64,000 nucleotides of DNA from Neodothiora populina (lineage: Eukaryota), in assembly GCF_041146345.1 (NCBI RefSeq), contig NW_027191407.1, forward strand, positions 248,001 to 312,000. Direction: 5' to 3'. The notes below the pieces were generated by a model, which saw nothing but the letters and a program-made list of their open reading frames with translations, made no database searches and was not told the origin of the DNA. The translations under genes were made by a program, and so were the position numbers. Below are positions 46,830-60,473 of this stretch, piece after piece (position 1 is the stretch's first letter; every line of letters starts with the position of its first letter).

Positions 46830-49800
46830 TCAATAATCCAGCATATCCCCAACAAGCAACCTCTGGAACCTTTCCACAATATCCCTCGTCTTGACCAAGA
46901 TGCCAGCACTCAGCATACGAACACGTTCCGCCTCTCCATCCGCCGGCGCACCCTCACGACCAGCACTGCTCGACGGCGGTCCTCCTCCTGCTCCAGCGGA
47001 TCCGAAAGATACCGCATTCGCGCTACTGAACCTCTCGAACACCAGCTCGACCCATCCCTGCGTCTCCATGAGTTCTTTGCCCTGCTCCTCAGCCAGCCGA
47101 CGGCTCTGCTCCTCGTTGACCTGCAACAGGGTCAAAAACGCGAACAGCACGGCCTCTAGTACCGCCGTGTCGTTCAGCGCAGTCGTGCGCAGATCTAGTA
47201 ACAAGCCCCAGAATTCCGTCGTCATTTGAGGCAGAGATAGAGTGTTGGGCCCCGAAGCGTGCAGTAGGATGGCGAGGGTTTTGATGTATGTCGTTAGTAG
47301 GAAGGGCTGGAAATGTATGTTCTGTCCTTTGCCGCCGCCGCCGCCGCCGCCGTAAGCGTTTACGTTCTGCCACCAGCCGCCTGTTAGCGGGAAGAAGAAG
47401 CTCTCGGCTACGATCTTCGCCAAGGCGTTGGTTATGGGCTTTTTGCGCTTTTTCTCTACTTCCATTCTCGAGGAGAAGGTTCGCACTTTGAGGATGTTGG
47501 GGCCGGTCATGTTATCCGCTGCTTTGGCGGCCATGGGCTGCATGAGTGATCGCTCAAGGTTTGATGCAATCAGGGCGGTGCGGTCGGTCTTGCCGGCATA
47601 GATCTTGTGGAGTCGCTCTGGGAGTCGTTTGCTTGGGAACGAAGTTACGGACGCTGTAGGGTTCAGAGCTTCGTCCTCGTCCTTGTAGCCGGCTAGTTCT
47701 CGTGCGCCTAGACCCAGAGTACTTAGGATTGTTGCCCGTTGACTGAGAGAGTAGTCGCCATCGAAGACCTGTCGACATAACCAGGGCGCTATCTTCGTCG
47801 GATCTGACAGTAGTGTAGCTATGAGTGCTTGTAAACGCAGCTCTGCAAAGTCCTCAATGTCAAAGGGGTTTCCAAGACCAACGAGTATCAATGCAAGCTC
47901 GACAGCATGATCACTGACTTCCTTGCCGAATGAGCTCTTGCGACGTATCAGTGATGCCGCACTTTTTAGAGCGAGAGTGTGGCGCTCGTGATTCTCCGAG
48001 TCGCGAAGTCTGCTTATCAGATCCCGAATGTATACCGGAGCCTTTTGTTTGTTGCGATTGACCAAGGTCGCATCTTCATCCTCATCCTCCGGGTCGGAAT
48101 CTGGTTTGGCATATGGTTTGAGGTCTTCGTCCTCTTCTTCTTCATCGTCGAAGATCTCCATAATCCTCGGCCCTGTAATTACAGTAGACGTTGCCGCCTT
48201 CTTGACCTGTTTCGTCTTTTCAGACTTTGCATTTGCGTATGCAACTTTTGGTTTGGACGCAATCGACTTCTTCCGTAGTGATTGCCTCATCTCATCCACG
48301 CTACACGGCTCGTCATTGACCTTCGTCAGCTCCAGGTACCATTGCGCTTCGGGTGTCTTCATATCTTCCACATCAAAAGAAAGCGGTGCACCACTTTTAG
48401 CCACTAGTTCGGATATAGCGGTTCCGACCACCATGCCGAGGAATCGGGCTCGCTGAGAGGATGCATTGAGACGGTTTGAGATACCATTTAGATGCACACT
48501 TGAACGCGCAAGCGTGAACAAAAACATAGGCTGTGCTCTGTACACATAGCCCGCCAGCAAGAGAAGTGTCTGGGAGCATGCCTCTTGCTGCACCACTGGT
48601 GTGTGTCTGATGAAGAATGAGTCTCCAAACATTTGCCAAACGCTTTCCAGCGTAGACTGCATAGGGTCTTCGTCGAGAAGCGAGAGATTGCTCGGTTTAC
48701 TGCGATCGAGAGCAGAGATGGCAGCACGTCGAACCACGAATGATTCAGTGGCATTCGCAGTCGGGTCAGAAAGCCAGGTCTTGAGATGAGATTTCATGAT
48801 CTCGTTGCACAGTAGTGTATGTAGCAGCGAAACATATGCTGCAACAGCTTCTGGAGTTCCCGATGGTCCTTCCAGCTCAACTGATGCGGTCTGAGTAAGT
48901 TCTACGTGCTGTTTCGTCAGATATCGCAACGTCAAAAGGAGGAATTGACGTTGTTCGTGTATCTGCATGTTATTGATCAACTTCTGTACGGAGTCGATCG
49001 GACAATCGTCAGACATGATAAGTCTCGAGCGGATCTCCTCTACTACACGCGCTGAAGGCAAGAGTCAGCAAGTGCTGTGATGATCTTGATGGGCGAACCC
49101 TTACCTGCATAACCGATATTACAAGCCTTGCCATACAGTTGAGCAGCAGCTTTCACATTAGGATCTTCAGGCAGCGACGAACTCTGGCGTACCATATGAG
49201 CGACGTTTCTACCTAACCACGCCGAGTATCTAGACCCATCTGACAACCAGGATCTTTCGTCAGCGGCTGTCGACAAGTCCAGGACAGTCTCGGCCTCGGC
49301 AACACTAGAGACAATCCTGCCTGTTGCTATAGTGGCAAGGTATTCTTTCCACAACAGGTCGGACCTGGTCTGATTTTGAGCCAACTTTCTGACATTCGAC
49401 AAGATCTGGAATGTCAAATCGTCCGTATTGCATATATGCCCTAAGACTGCTATCAGATCACGGATTGGTGAGGTTGCATTCGAAGACTTTGGGCTCTGCT
49501 TGTTTGTCTTGCATTCAGAGACGAGTAGTTGTAGTCTAGCAAGCGTGGCACTGATACCAGCGATACTACGCAAGACCTGTAACAACAAGTCCCTCAGACC
49601 TCCAAGATTTTCCCAGAAATCTGGTATGGTTGTGTTCACAATTTCATGTACGATTCTAGCAGAGGCAGGACTTGGTAATCGGATATCAAAGCCATCTTTG
49701 CCTTGACGCTGAGACAAGTATATCAGTACATCTTCCAAGGTATCGATATCTGGTTGGGATCGCAAGATGTCCAGCACATCTTCGGGCGATTTTATCACCG

Positions 49801-49924
49801 GTGGTTCTGACTGTATGAGTGGTTTCGTGACCTTGTGCTCCTTGAGTCGCAGTTCATTTGCACTTCCTGTGTTTGGCTTGGGTCGCAAAGTCACCGTCTT
49901 CACTTCGGTCAGGAAATCCGTCAT
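46830..49924 (-). CDS. TEL2: Telomere length regulation protein Tel2 (TTT complex)
   Basis: MTDFLTEV start, intron 49052-49104, GISNRL, LGMVV, DSDPEDEDED.T...APVYIRDL, YSLSQR, KVRTFSSR. Confidence 0.92.
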
Positions 49925-50212
49925 TCTCAGACTGACCGCATGCTTGACGAGCATATAATTACTGCAAGTTCGACTTACACGCAATAAAGTACATCTTAAT
50001 AAGCATATCTACTACAAGTAGGCGGGTTTCGAAAAGTGTTCTGTTTCCCTCCACACCCCGCCATAAGTGCTCTTGGCGACGATAAGATAAGGAACTACGT
50101 CAATCTACAATTACTGTGGTGTTCTGCTCTATTGTTGTCCATCATCCCACCAATATAACAGTAGTTGTATGGCAGGTCGCGTCGTCGCAGTTGTACGATA
50201 GCATCTCAAATA

Positions 50213-51906
50213 ATGACTGCCGTAGTGGCTATGATACCCACCAACGGGGCTGCAGGTGCTCGACCTAGATGGTGAGCAGCTTCCGTACAAGCCATAGACT
50301 GTTTCCTGACTCTTGCTAGGAGATACCTCGACAGTTTCTTGGACCGAGTCGGCCCATACACCGACTCTGACTCTTTCATTCCAGGAAAGACAGCGATAGA
50401 CTTCTTAGAGGGAATCAAGATCTTGTAAGCATGCGTGGAAATGTCTGTCCTGAAGTGTCCACTAACAGTAGTAGAGTAATGTATGTGACCTACCATTCTC
50501 CTTAGGCATACACCCTCTAATGATAGGTAGCGGAGCCGGAGGTCTTGGTTGCGAGATCTTGAAGAACCTGGCCCTGTCTGGCTTCAAGAGCATCGATGTG
50601 ATTGATATGGGTGAGAGAGGAGTCATTTAATGCACACACCGGGTATGGATTAGACTGATAGCCAACAAAGACACGATCGATGTTTCGAACTTGAACCGCC
50701 AATTTCTCTTCCGCCAATCTGATGTCGGTAAGCCGAAGGCAGAAGTTGCCGCTCGTTTTGTTGAGCAACGCGTCCAAGGAGTCAAGATCAACCCCTACTG
50801 CGGCAAGATCCAGGACAAGGACGAAGATTACTACCTACAATTCAACATTGTCATCTGCGGCTTGGACAGTATTGAGGCAAGAAGATGGATCAATGCGACT
50901 TTGGTAGGCATGGTGGATGGCGACAATCCCGACAGTCTCAAACCGTTGATTGATGGAGGAACCGAGGGTGAGGATTCCGATATATGAATGGTCACTTATA
51001 GACGGCAGCCTGACACATTGCAGGATTCAAGGGACAGGCTAGGGTCATCCTGCCGACCATGACCAGCTGCATTGAATGTCAACTCGACATGCACGCGCCT
51101 CGTGCCGCCGTACCTCTCTGTACATTGGCGACCATTCCTCGCCAACCTCAACACTGCATCGAATGGGCTCACATCATTGCGTGGGAAGAAGAGCGTAAAG
51201 GTGCGACACCGACGTCTTTGGTGTTAATGACTTCCAAAACTGACACGCTCCACAGATATTACGCTTGACACAGACGACCCAGAGCATATCACATGGTTAT
51301 ACCAAAAGGCCCTCAATCGTGCTCAGGAGTTCAATATTCCTGGTGTCACCTATTCAATGACCCAGGGAGTAGTCAAGAATATCATTCCGGCGATTGCATC
51401 TACCAACGCCATCATTGCAGCGTCTTGTTGTAACGAGGCCTTCAAGATCGCCACAAACACGAATCCGCCACTCGGCATGCCTGAGACAAACAACTACATG
51501 ATGTACAGCGGAGATGACAGCATATACACGTACACGTTTGAGCACCAAAAGAAAGACGACTGCCCAGTGTGTGGTAATCTGGCTCAAGAGATAGAAGTCA
51601 GGAGAGACTGGACATTGCAGGACTTTATTGATCATTTGGCCGAGAGGCCTGAAGCGTGAGTTTACGGGATAACGCTCTTGATCGGACGCGACCTTATACT
51701 GATTCGGTTGTTACAGTCAGCTGAAGAAACCCTCGATTCGTACGGAAAAGACATCTCTCTACTATTCGGCCCCACAAAGTCTCGAGGAGAAGACTCGTCC
51801 AAACTTGAAGTGTAAACTCGGGGATTTGCTCGCAGATGGAGAGGAAGTAGGCATAAGTGACCCCGCCTTCTCTATTGACTTCAAGTTCAAGGTGCGCTTT
51901 GCATAG
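50213..51906 (+). CDS. UBA3: NEDD8-activating enzyme E1 catalytic subunit
   Basis: [51 protein letters not shown], catalytic [19 protein letters not shown]. Seven introns, including those flanking a 6-nt microexon at 50475-50480. Confidence 0.95.
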
Positions 51907-52316
51907 GCAGATCTGGAATGCATGCTGTCCCGCAGCTAGATAATAGGAGAAGCATAGCGTGGCGTTTGGCGTTGTGAACCAGCTTTGGTCGTGTTGCAGA
52001 GCGCTGCGAGCTACAAGTATATATTACCTGTCGTCATGCCCGGTCGATTGATATAGATACGAGAAGGAGATTATACATCGGACCACTCGAACAGGAAGTC
52101 TATTTAATAGCATGGCGGGGCAAAATGAAAGAGTACCTTATGGAAGGTACACCAAAGTACTGTAGAGCACGTCCCCTGTGACGCGCGGTAACAAACGTTC
52201 TGAGCTTTGCGTGTTCAGGAGATGACAAGACTCCTTTTATCGTTCCGCTAAACGTTTCTTCATTGTGAAAGTATATCAAATATGGTGCGACTAATGCAAA
52301 CATCATCTTCAATACC

Positions 52317-54541
52317 ATGAGCTATCAGTATGCCTCATCATATCCTTCTTCAGGACTTGCCGATGGCCCAATCTCACGCATCACTGCCATGCTTGGCAGT
52401 CTTTACAGCCGCGACAGATATGGCAATAACAAACACCAGATTAACCTGGCGCATATCATCCGTCGCCGAATCTTGACTATCCCAACAGCGCTGATATTGT
52501 TATGGATATGGGTACTTCACTGGGGAGAGAGGTCTGCCATTAGTGACCATGTGAAAGCGTGCGCATGGGATCAATGGGAAGAATGGGTGAGCGTATACCT
52601 ATTAATGTTGCGATTGTTTACGCGCAATAGACGCTGACTGTCACACACTAGCCGGCACAAGCAAGACCTCATCGCGTGGTTATGCTCGCAGATCCTCAAA
52701 TTGTCGATCCCCACACATACCCTGGTCGTCCGTGGCCGCTATCTAGTCTGACCATCGCATTTACCGATCTATATCTCAAACGCTCTTACAAGCAAGTCCA
52801 CCGCACCCTCGACCCGGACACTCTTTTCTTCCTAGGCGACTTGTTCGATGGTGGACGGGAGTGGGCAACAGATGCGCAGGGATTCCAGGTTGCGGAACCA
52901 CGGTGGAAGCCGTATGGTGAATCCTTCTGGCTGGCCGAATATAACCGATTTGGAAGCATCTTCTTTGCACCGGACCAGATTTCAGGAGGCCGTCCAGCTC
53001 AGAAAGCAAAGCAGATCATTGCATCACTTCCGGGAAATCATGACCTAGGCTTTGGCAACGGTATACAGAAACCGGTGCGGGAAAGATTCAGGGCCTATTT
53101 TGGAGAGGGTGACAGGATCGATGTTGTGGGAAATCATAGTTTTGTGTCGCTTGACACTGTCAGTCTGAGCGCAATGGGCCAACCAGACGCTGACGAGAGT
53201 ATCTGGAGGGGCACCTTGGACTTCTTGGACCAGGCGCAGCATCTCAAGAGCAAGGCTTTGGAGAGAGTGCTCAATATTGAGAACGATAAGCCATTACAGA
53301 CAAAATTCTCCCATGAGGTCACTTTTCCGCTCGACGTGGATGACTATGAAAGACGGTTGAAGAACCAGAAGAATCAGGAAGCCTCCACGCCTGAGTTGCC
53401 TGCCGTCGTGCTCTCTCATGTTCCACTCTATAGAGAGCCTGGCACGCCATGTGGCCCACTACGGGAAAAGTATCCACCGAGGTAAGCACCACCAATGGGG
53501 ATCTCCTACCCCAACGAAAGATTGCACTCTCTTGTCGACGTGGGAGAGTGTTCCCTGAGAATGACAAAATGCGCTTTCGGTGTGGCGTAGCACAATAAAT
53601 TGCATCGCTGACAACATGACAGTGCACCCGATCTGGAGCATGACGATGCAAACTCGATCCGTGTGGCCGCAGGATACCAATATCAGAACGTCCTCACTCA
53701 TGACATCAGCAAGCTGATTGCAGAAAAGGTGTCTAATGTAGGGTACGCATTCTCCGGAGATGATCACGATTACTGCGACACAGTCCATCACGAGTATGCT
53801 TCTGCTGGTTCTGGTATCCGAGAGGTCACGGTGAAGAGCATGTCGTGGGCTATGGGTGTGCGCCATCCGGGCTTCCAACTAGTCAGTTTGTGGAACCCCG
53901 TGGATGAGCATGGCAAGAGCTTGCAAGAAGCACATGGGAGCCAACACGCCGGCGCACCGACTTTACAGACGCATCTCTGTCTGTTACCAGACCAGCTTGG
54001 CATCTTCATCCGTTATGCGATGTGCGCGATTTTGTCACTAGTAGTCCTCGCCGTGCACGCTGTTGTCGAGGCCAGGAAAGGCCCTGCAGAAGATATCAAG
54101 GATGAAGAGAGCGGCAGTCCCGTGTTACCAGTCTTCGAGAAGTTGCCGAGTCGAAGAGAGAAAAGTTCCTCGACTCGCTCTCGTGCTGCAAGCGGATCTT
54201 TTCATCCTACTCTTTCGACGCAAGGCAACAAAGGAGCGCTCTCGGCTCGATCGATGAATGCGAGGACTAGGAGCGTAAGCCCAATGCCTGGTACAAACGG
54301 AACCTACGGTCTGCCTTCATACGGTTACAAGGCGCCACTCATCGAGCAAGCTGGGTACTACGGCAGTGACAATGTGGAGATCATGGATGGCGACACGGAC
54401 GATTGGGGAAATCCGTACATGAAGATCAAGCCGCCAAAATCCAAGGGTTCCGTGGTGAGGGTGTCAGAGGGATTCGGACGGAGACTTGTCGTTGTCGGCG
54501 CACCGGTTCTGATTTGGTACTGGTGGCTGTTGAGGAATTGA
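52317..54541 (+). CDS. CDC1: Mn-dependent metallophosphoesterase Cdc1 (GPI remodelling, MPPE1-like)
   Basis: ADPQIVD, FLGDLFDGGR, LPGNHDLG, LSHVPLYR, GYQYQN, FSGDDHDYC, VKSMSWAMG; N- and C-terminal TM segments. Introns at about 52588-52651 and 53482-53622. Confidence 0.92.
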
Positions 54542-54836
54542 TTGGCAGGATATTCTGTAAAAGCACATCCAATAAAAGTGCACATCTCTTCAATCTCTGT
54601 CATAGCTATTTTTGTTGCCCCTGTGGCTCAGTATCAATATTCTTGTTCATGGTATAGCCCGCCAAGTCCTCGAAGTGGGTGTAAGTGTGGGGTTGCCCAC
54701 CATCTCCGCACATCAGGCAGCTCTGTGTGTCGACACAGACATGGGGATCGCAAGAGACCTGTTCTGGTCAAGTCTCGTAGATCAGCGTTCTCCATCCACG
54801 CACCACTACTGACCCACACAGAGAGAACTCTCAAAG

Positions 54837-56153
54837 ATGTCTCGCAAAGAAGACATCCTCTCAGTGCGCCTCAAAGCCCTCCGCAACACGACACTCTCCC
54901 CAGCGCCAACAACGTCCAGCCCACCCTCACAATGCACCGCACTGCCGCAACCCTCACCATCGACAGTCGCAGCAACAACAACAGATCCGACCCTCTCTCT
55001 GCCTAGCACGCCGATCAAGCCTCCCCAAACAACGCCGCAACAGGAAAATGTACCAGCAACTTCCGACGCAGACCTGGCGTCCCGCTTCAGGAACTTGACG
55101 CCAACATCAACGACGCAGAACGACGCTATAGGGGCTGAACGCTTGTCACATCGGAAAGACATCTTGGATGAATGGCGAGACGGTACCGATGACTTCGATT
55201 TGCGGAACGGGGGGAATAGTGGTCACGACGAGGAAAGTCTGGAGGAGCTACTGAGGCAATTGGAGGAAGATGGCAAGGAGAATGGATTAGATCCTGATGA
55301 GCCGAGGGATGTCGAGAGACTGCTCAAGGAGGCTAGGGACCTGTTGCCTGAGGAAGAGGAGAGGGAGGAAGTCAGGCAACATGTTGAGGATCTGAGAAAT
55401 GCAGAGACTGAGACGAGGAAGGAGATGGAAGGCGTAGGGGGTCGCCAGCAGTCGGAGGAGGAGAAAGAGGAGAAAGAGAGTCAGGAGGGCCAAGAGAAGG
55501 TCGAGGACAACGACGACGATGCGGACGAATACATTCAACAAGTCCTGGAGCAGCTGCACGTGGATGAGAAATACAAATATCAAGACGATGACCCTGCAGA
55601 TCCCAACGCCGGTGCTGTGTTCTCTGTCTCTAGCGACACCAGCGGAGAGAAAAAAGCAGAAAGCAGTTTCCCCCTGCCGACCGTACCAGACGCTCTGTCG
55701 TCTTTGCCGCCGTCGTCAATCACAACAGAGCCGAAAGAGACAGACAACAAATCAGAAAGCATCGACGACGCGCTAGCAGCTCGATTCGCATCCCTTGGAG
55801 TCTCAAGTCCCGCGCGTGGTTCTGGAGCTAGCAACAACGACGACAGCAGCGAAGGTAATCTGGGGCTTCCCTCGGCGCCGTCGTTCAATCCTACTGCAAA
55901 GCCAGTGACGATAACGAAAAGTCTACGCCCCGGCAAGCCTTCTTTACCAACATACACCGACGAAGACATCGACTCGTGGTGTTGTATCTGTAACGAAGAC
56001 GCTACGGTCAGATGTCTTGGATGCGAGGGGGATCTCTATTGCGCCGAGTGTTGGAGAGAGGGACATGGAGATGGGCCCGGGCAGGAGAGGGGTCACAGGG
56101 CTTTGGCATACACTCGAGGGTCGGGCCCTGAGCCTACTGCTGTTGCGTCCTGA
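54837..56153 (+). CDS. ANCHR/ZFYVE19-like protein with C-terminal B-box-type zinc finger
   Basis: [30 protein letters not shown]; repeated LASRF/LAARF motifs; acidic middle region. Confidence 0.75.
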   Translation: MSRKEDILSVRLKALRNTTLSPAPTTSSPPSQCTALPQPSPSTVAATTTDPTLSLPSTPIKPPQTTPQQENVPATSDADLASRFRNLTPTSTTQNDAIGAERLSHRKDILDEWRDGTDDFDLRNGGNSGHDEESLEELLRQLEEDGKENGLDPDEPRDVERLLKEARDLLPEEEEREEVRQHVEDLRNAETETRKEMEGVGGRQQSEEEKEEKESQEGQEKVEDNDDDADEYIQQVLEQLHVDEKYKYQDDDPADPNAGAVFSVSSDTSGEKKAESSFPLPTVPDALSSLPPSSITTEPKETDNKSESIDDALAARFASLGVSSPARGSGASNNDDSSEGNLGLPSAPSFNPTAKPVTITKSLRPGKPSLPTYTDEDIDSWCCICNEDATVRCLGCEGDLYCAECWREGHGDGPGQERGHRALAYTRGSGPEPTAVAS

Positions 56154-56211
56154 GAAACAACAGTCTCGTGGAACAAAGTCATGGGTCGGCGTATGAACAA
56201 GATAGATGCTA

Positions 56212-57318
56212 TCACTCCGGCTCCTGCTCCTTCCACTTTTCTCTTACCGCAGAGACGTCAACGCCACACGCCTCAGCCTTTTTGACGAGCGCCTTCGCCT
56301 TCCCCACCACAGGAACATCAATCATTTTGCCGTCCAAGGTCCAGGCACCTCTGCCTTGCTTGTCAGCCTTTTCGTCGGCGACCACAACTCTGACGGCCCA
56401 CTCGACCTCTTCCTCTCCGGGACCAAAGACGTCTTGCACGACTTGGACCTGCGAAGGGTGTATGCACTGTTTCCCGTTGAAGCCCATGCGTTTGCCATCT
56501 TCACTTTCCGCCTTGAGGATCCTGGCGCCCTCGTCGCCGCGAAAGGCAGTGGTCACGAGATCAATGGTCGAAGGAAGAGAAAATGCACGAGCGGCAGTGG
56601 CTATGGCGCTTCGTGCGTAGAGAAACTCCTTGAGCTCTGGTGTTCGGGTGATGGAAAGGTCGAGGGCAAAGTCTTCAGCGGCAAAAATGAGACCGGACAG
56701 ATAGGGAGTGCTTGCGCAAATCGCCTTGAGATCCATGACCGCGCGGGCCGACTCGATCAGCGCAATGATCTGAATGGGCTTTTGGTCTTTGTCTGGCGCA
56801 GTCGAGTGGCGTTGCGGTTGTGTATGGCGCAGGACGTCGGTGATGAAATGGAGATCCGAGGGAGAGTTGACTTTCGGCACGACTAGAGCATCGAGATTGG
56901 GTGCTTTGAGCTGTGAGTTGTCAGCAAGAATCATTCTGCATCCAGGTCACTCTGTGTAGTGGAAAAGGCAAGAAACGCACCACCTCCGTCAGATCCTCCA
57001 ATGCATATCCGCTGTCGACCGAATTTATCCTGACGGCTTGCTCCTTGATGCTCGACGACCTCTCCCGCGACAATATTTGTTTCAGGTTCTGACGAGCTTC
57101 TGCTTTTTTGCCGGGCGTCACGCTATCTTCGAGATCGTAGGCTATCGTATCGACGGATATGCCTCGTGACTTTTCGAGGAATCGCATCGACGAGCCGGGG
57201 ACTTGGCTATTGATTAGCTTCTTGATTATGAGACCCATATTGTTAGTGCTGGGCAGTTGTTACCGTAGAGTAAGGCTCGTCGCACGATTGGTGAGGCAGC
57301 GGCGGCAGCACTAGCCAT
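56212..57318 (-). CDS. Citrate lyase beta-subunit-like protein (CitE/CLYBL, HpcH/HpaI fold)
   Basis: RRALLY-VPGS, YDLEDSV, AVRINS, VPKVNS, ALIESA, FAAEDF, GFNGKQCIHPSQV, LDGKMIDVP. Two introns. Confidence 0.92.
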
Positions 57319-57628
57319 GATCGATTATGTGATCAAGGTATGTTTCAAAGTACAATCACCTTGGGTGAAGGGAAAGGAAGTGGGTAGGTAATTATAGTAA
57401 GTCAACAATGACGGAGTGTGAACCTCGGATGCGGGGCATATCTTTGCCTCAATGATTAACAAACACCGGACCTTTTCTCCGCAGTATTGTTCGTCTCGAA
57501 TGTAAAGACTAAAGACCCTTTCTCACAGCTAAGCTTGAGGAACTGTGGCACTATCTTGGGTATTACTCAGGAACCCGGAAACACGATCGACGGTTGACTC
57601 GTATCCGCGACAGCTGTTGCGCGTTCTC

Positions 57629-57648
57629 CTGCTGCTGCTGCTGCTGCT
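57629..57648 (+). repeat. (CTG)6 trinucleotide repeat in the CitE-TVP23 intergenic/5' region
   Basis: ctgctgctgctgctgctgct. Confidence 0.75.
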
Positions 57649-57800
57649 TGTACCCTGCATTTATATGCAATTCCACAACACATGCCCATGCAATCTCTAG
57701 GCAGACATATCCAGGACCCATAACCCCCACACTGTCGTCGCAGTCAACGACATCGAGTCCGATCGCAACTATTGAACAAGGCTATACATCCCAGCTGGTC

Positions 57801-58557
57801 ATGGAGAGCCAACAACCCGGCCAGCTGAGCTGGAAACTCAGTTCGCATCCCATCACGCTGCTCTGCTTCCTTGGGTTCCGAATTTGTGAGTATTTCTCTT
57901 TCTTTGCATCTCGCAGCTTTACTGCAACTCCCGATTATTTTGTACTCAGTTTCGTGTTCAAAAATGATCACGACTAACCTCTAGACCCCCCAGCATCTCT
58001 CCTCGTCTACCTCCTCGGCCTCCTCTTCACAGGCAACTACGTGCTCGTCTTCATCATCACCGTCGTGCTTCTCGCGATGGACTTTTACTATCTCAAAAAC
58101 ATCGCCGGCCGCCGCCTCGTAGGACTCCGCTGGTGGAACGAGGTCAACGCGCAATCAGGCGACTCGAACTGGGTATTTGAGAGCGCAGAGCCAGACACAC
58201 GACAGATCAATGCCACCGACAAACGGTTCTTTTGGTTGGCCGTGTACGCGCAGCCGGTCAGTTGGGTCGCGTTGGGGATTGTCGCGATTGTCAAGTTTGA
58301 GTTTATCTGGTTGAGTCTTGTCGGTATGTCATTCTGTCTACTCTTTTCGTCTTGCCCACTTTGGGCTTCTCTGTGAACGGAACTGATGCATGCGTTCATG
58401 ATCAGTCATCGCTATTGTGCTGACAGTAACCAACACTCTGGCCTTTTCTCGCTGCGACAAGTTCAGCCAGGCGTCCAGTCTCGCGACGAATGCCTTTAGC
58501 GCGAGTGGGTTGGCGAGCAATATCGGAGGCGCTATGCTCGGTCGTTTCTTCCGATGA
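57801..58557 (+). CDS. TVP23: Golgi membrane protein Tvp23
   Basis: [47 protein letters not shown]. Introns at about 57886-57993 and 58324-58405. Confidence 0.94.
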
Positions 58558-58882
58558 GACCTTTTCCTGTCTCGTCTCTCCACTTCTTTGGACTGAGCAC
58601 GAAAAGCGACAGAAATTGAGAAAAGAGACTCAAAGCGGCAAGTCGGGAGTGGTATCTGAGGAAAAAGGGACAGAGAGGAGAGCAACGGATCTATATGTCG
58701 CTACAGCTGTAGCAAACAATTCCATCACAAGATGATTCTCTATGAAACCAAGGACCAAACCAAGCCATGTGTAGTCGCAACCACATCCCGACTCTACATC
58801 TCTATGCTTGTCCATGTGCTCTTATTGATAGTATATCTAATCTGAAAGAAGAAATAAGCTCAGAAGTCAGCTTCACAATCCA

Positions 58883-58979
58883 TCTTTGTTGGTCTAGTGG
58901 TCATGATTTCCGCTTGTCAATCGATCATTCGCATCGACTACAAGCGCGGGAGACCGGGGTTCGATTCCCCGACAGAGAG
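58883..58979 (+). tRNA. tRNA-Asp(GTC) with a 25-nt intron (58920-58944)
   Basis: Acceptor stem TCTTTGT/ACAGAGA; A-box TGGTCTAGTGG; anticodon GTC at 58916-58918; T-arm CGGGG-TTCGATT-CCCCG; downstream T-runs act as the Pol III terminator. Confidence 0.93.
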
Positions 58980-59264
58980 TTTTCTTTTTCTTCCATCTCT
59001 TTTTGTGTCTTATCCCTCTATACCTACCATACCTACCTTGTCCAATCTGCTGTACTTTTCATCTCTATTGTTGCCTTTTATCTCTGTTTTGAGATTATAC
59101 AAAAAGGCGAGGTGAGGTGGTGTACTGTATACACATTTCTAAAAGTGCCTTACCTACCTATAGAGAGGATATACCTTGTAGGTATTGGTGCACTGCACTG
59201 TACTGCGTAATATCACTTATGGTATACGATAAAGCAAGTTCCTTTACATCCAGAAAAACAGCTA

Positions 59265-59319
59265 GACAAACCGACAAACAGACAGATAGATGGACAGACA
59301 GACAGACAGACAGACAGAC
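59265..59319 (+). repeat. Imperfect (GACA)n microsatellite
   Basis: gacaaaccgacaaacagacagatagatggacagacagacagacagacagacagac. Confidence 0.85.
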
Positions 59320-60473
59320 GGGTAGATACATCAGCAAGGCATCCAAGTTCGGTGCATATGCATATGCAATTCAGAATATTAGTCGGATTAGAGTCTTCCT
59401 AGTCTAGGTCTATGATTGATTCATCTAATCACAGGAGGGATCAATAACGGCACTAGACAAGCAACAATGGAAGCAAGAACACATGATTAGTAGCAAGACA
59501 AGAACAAAAAGTGATTTAATTTGGTTTAAATACAAGAGTAGTGCTAGAGAAGGTAAAGACTAGAAACTCACAAACAGATACCGATTAGTGAAGAGGGTTT
59601 GGACGGTTTCTATTCATATAAGGCTATCGAGAGTGGCGCTAGAAATAGAAAAGGACTAGAAGCACGACGACGAACACTAATGAAAAGAGACACCAGTGCA
59701 AAGGGAGGGTGGATGACGGGTCGTGTTGATTCATACCTTGACACCCATTCCTTGTTCGCCCCTCTTTATTCTGTCATCTGCTCTCGCCTTTGCAAGCAAA
59801 CTAGCGAGCCATACTAAACTCTCAGCCACGAATAAACAGGAATCGAGACCACTGCTTCTCTTCGGTATTGACCTGCCGTCTGCTTTTCATCCCATGGGAA
59901 ACCAGTGATGGATAGTAGCAGGCGATCGAGATATCGATGTCTGATGGTTCCCGTCGGTTTCTTGGAGGTTGATTTTGCTTCGAACCGTGTCAGAGTGTGC
60001 ATGTCGTTGAGGATGAAATGGTGGACTGGGATTGGACTGGTGATGATCATGACAAGAACGACAAGGCTTCTCTCTGGCTGGCCCGGTGTGCTTCTCCCTG
60101 TTCCAATCGTTCAAGCCGAGAAGTGAATGCCAACTAGCTGAGACTGTCGAATCACGCCGCGGGGGGATGGAATGACTTTTCCTGTGCGTCGGGATCCCTT
60201 TCTTTTGCTCCGCCATCCTGGACGCTTCGATCCTAGCAATTGCGCAGTCTCGATGATGAAAGAAAAGGATGGGCAGTAACAAAAACCATATCATTGTCAC
60301 ATCTAGGTGAATACATCCTTTCCTCTTCCTCCACCACTTTTGATACTGCAGACTTCCAAGTAAAGACGTGTGTCGTGATCATTATGGCCACCATGTCTGG
60401 CCTCTTCTATTTCTTGATTTTCAGTAATTGATTCTCCGCGCGCGCTTGTGTTGCGGCGGTGGTCGAGGCAAGA

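Noticed and set aside
53530..53600. GTG...CTGAGA in the CDC1 intron as a TPP riboswitch
   Set aside because: It lacks the downstream ACC.../GAACYTGAT/AGCG core, and the host gene is unrelated to thiamine.
59265..59319. Repeat arrays as CRISPR
   Set aside because: Simple microsatellites without spacers, in a eukaryotic context.
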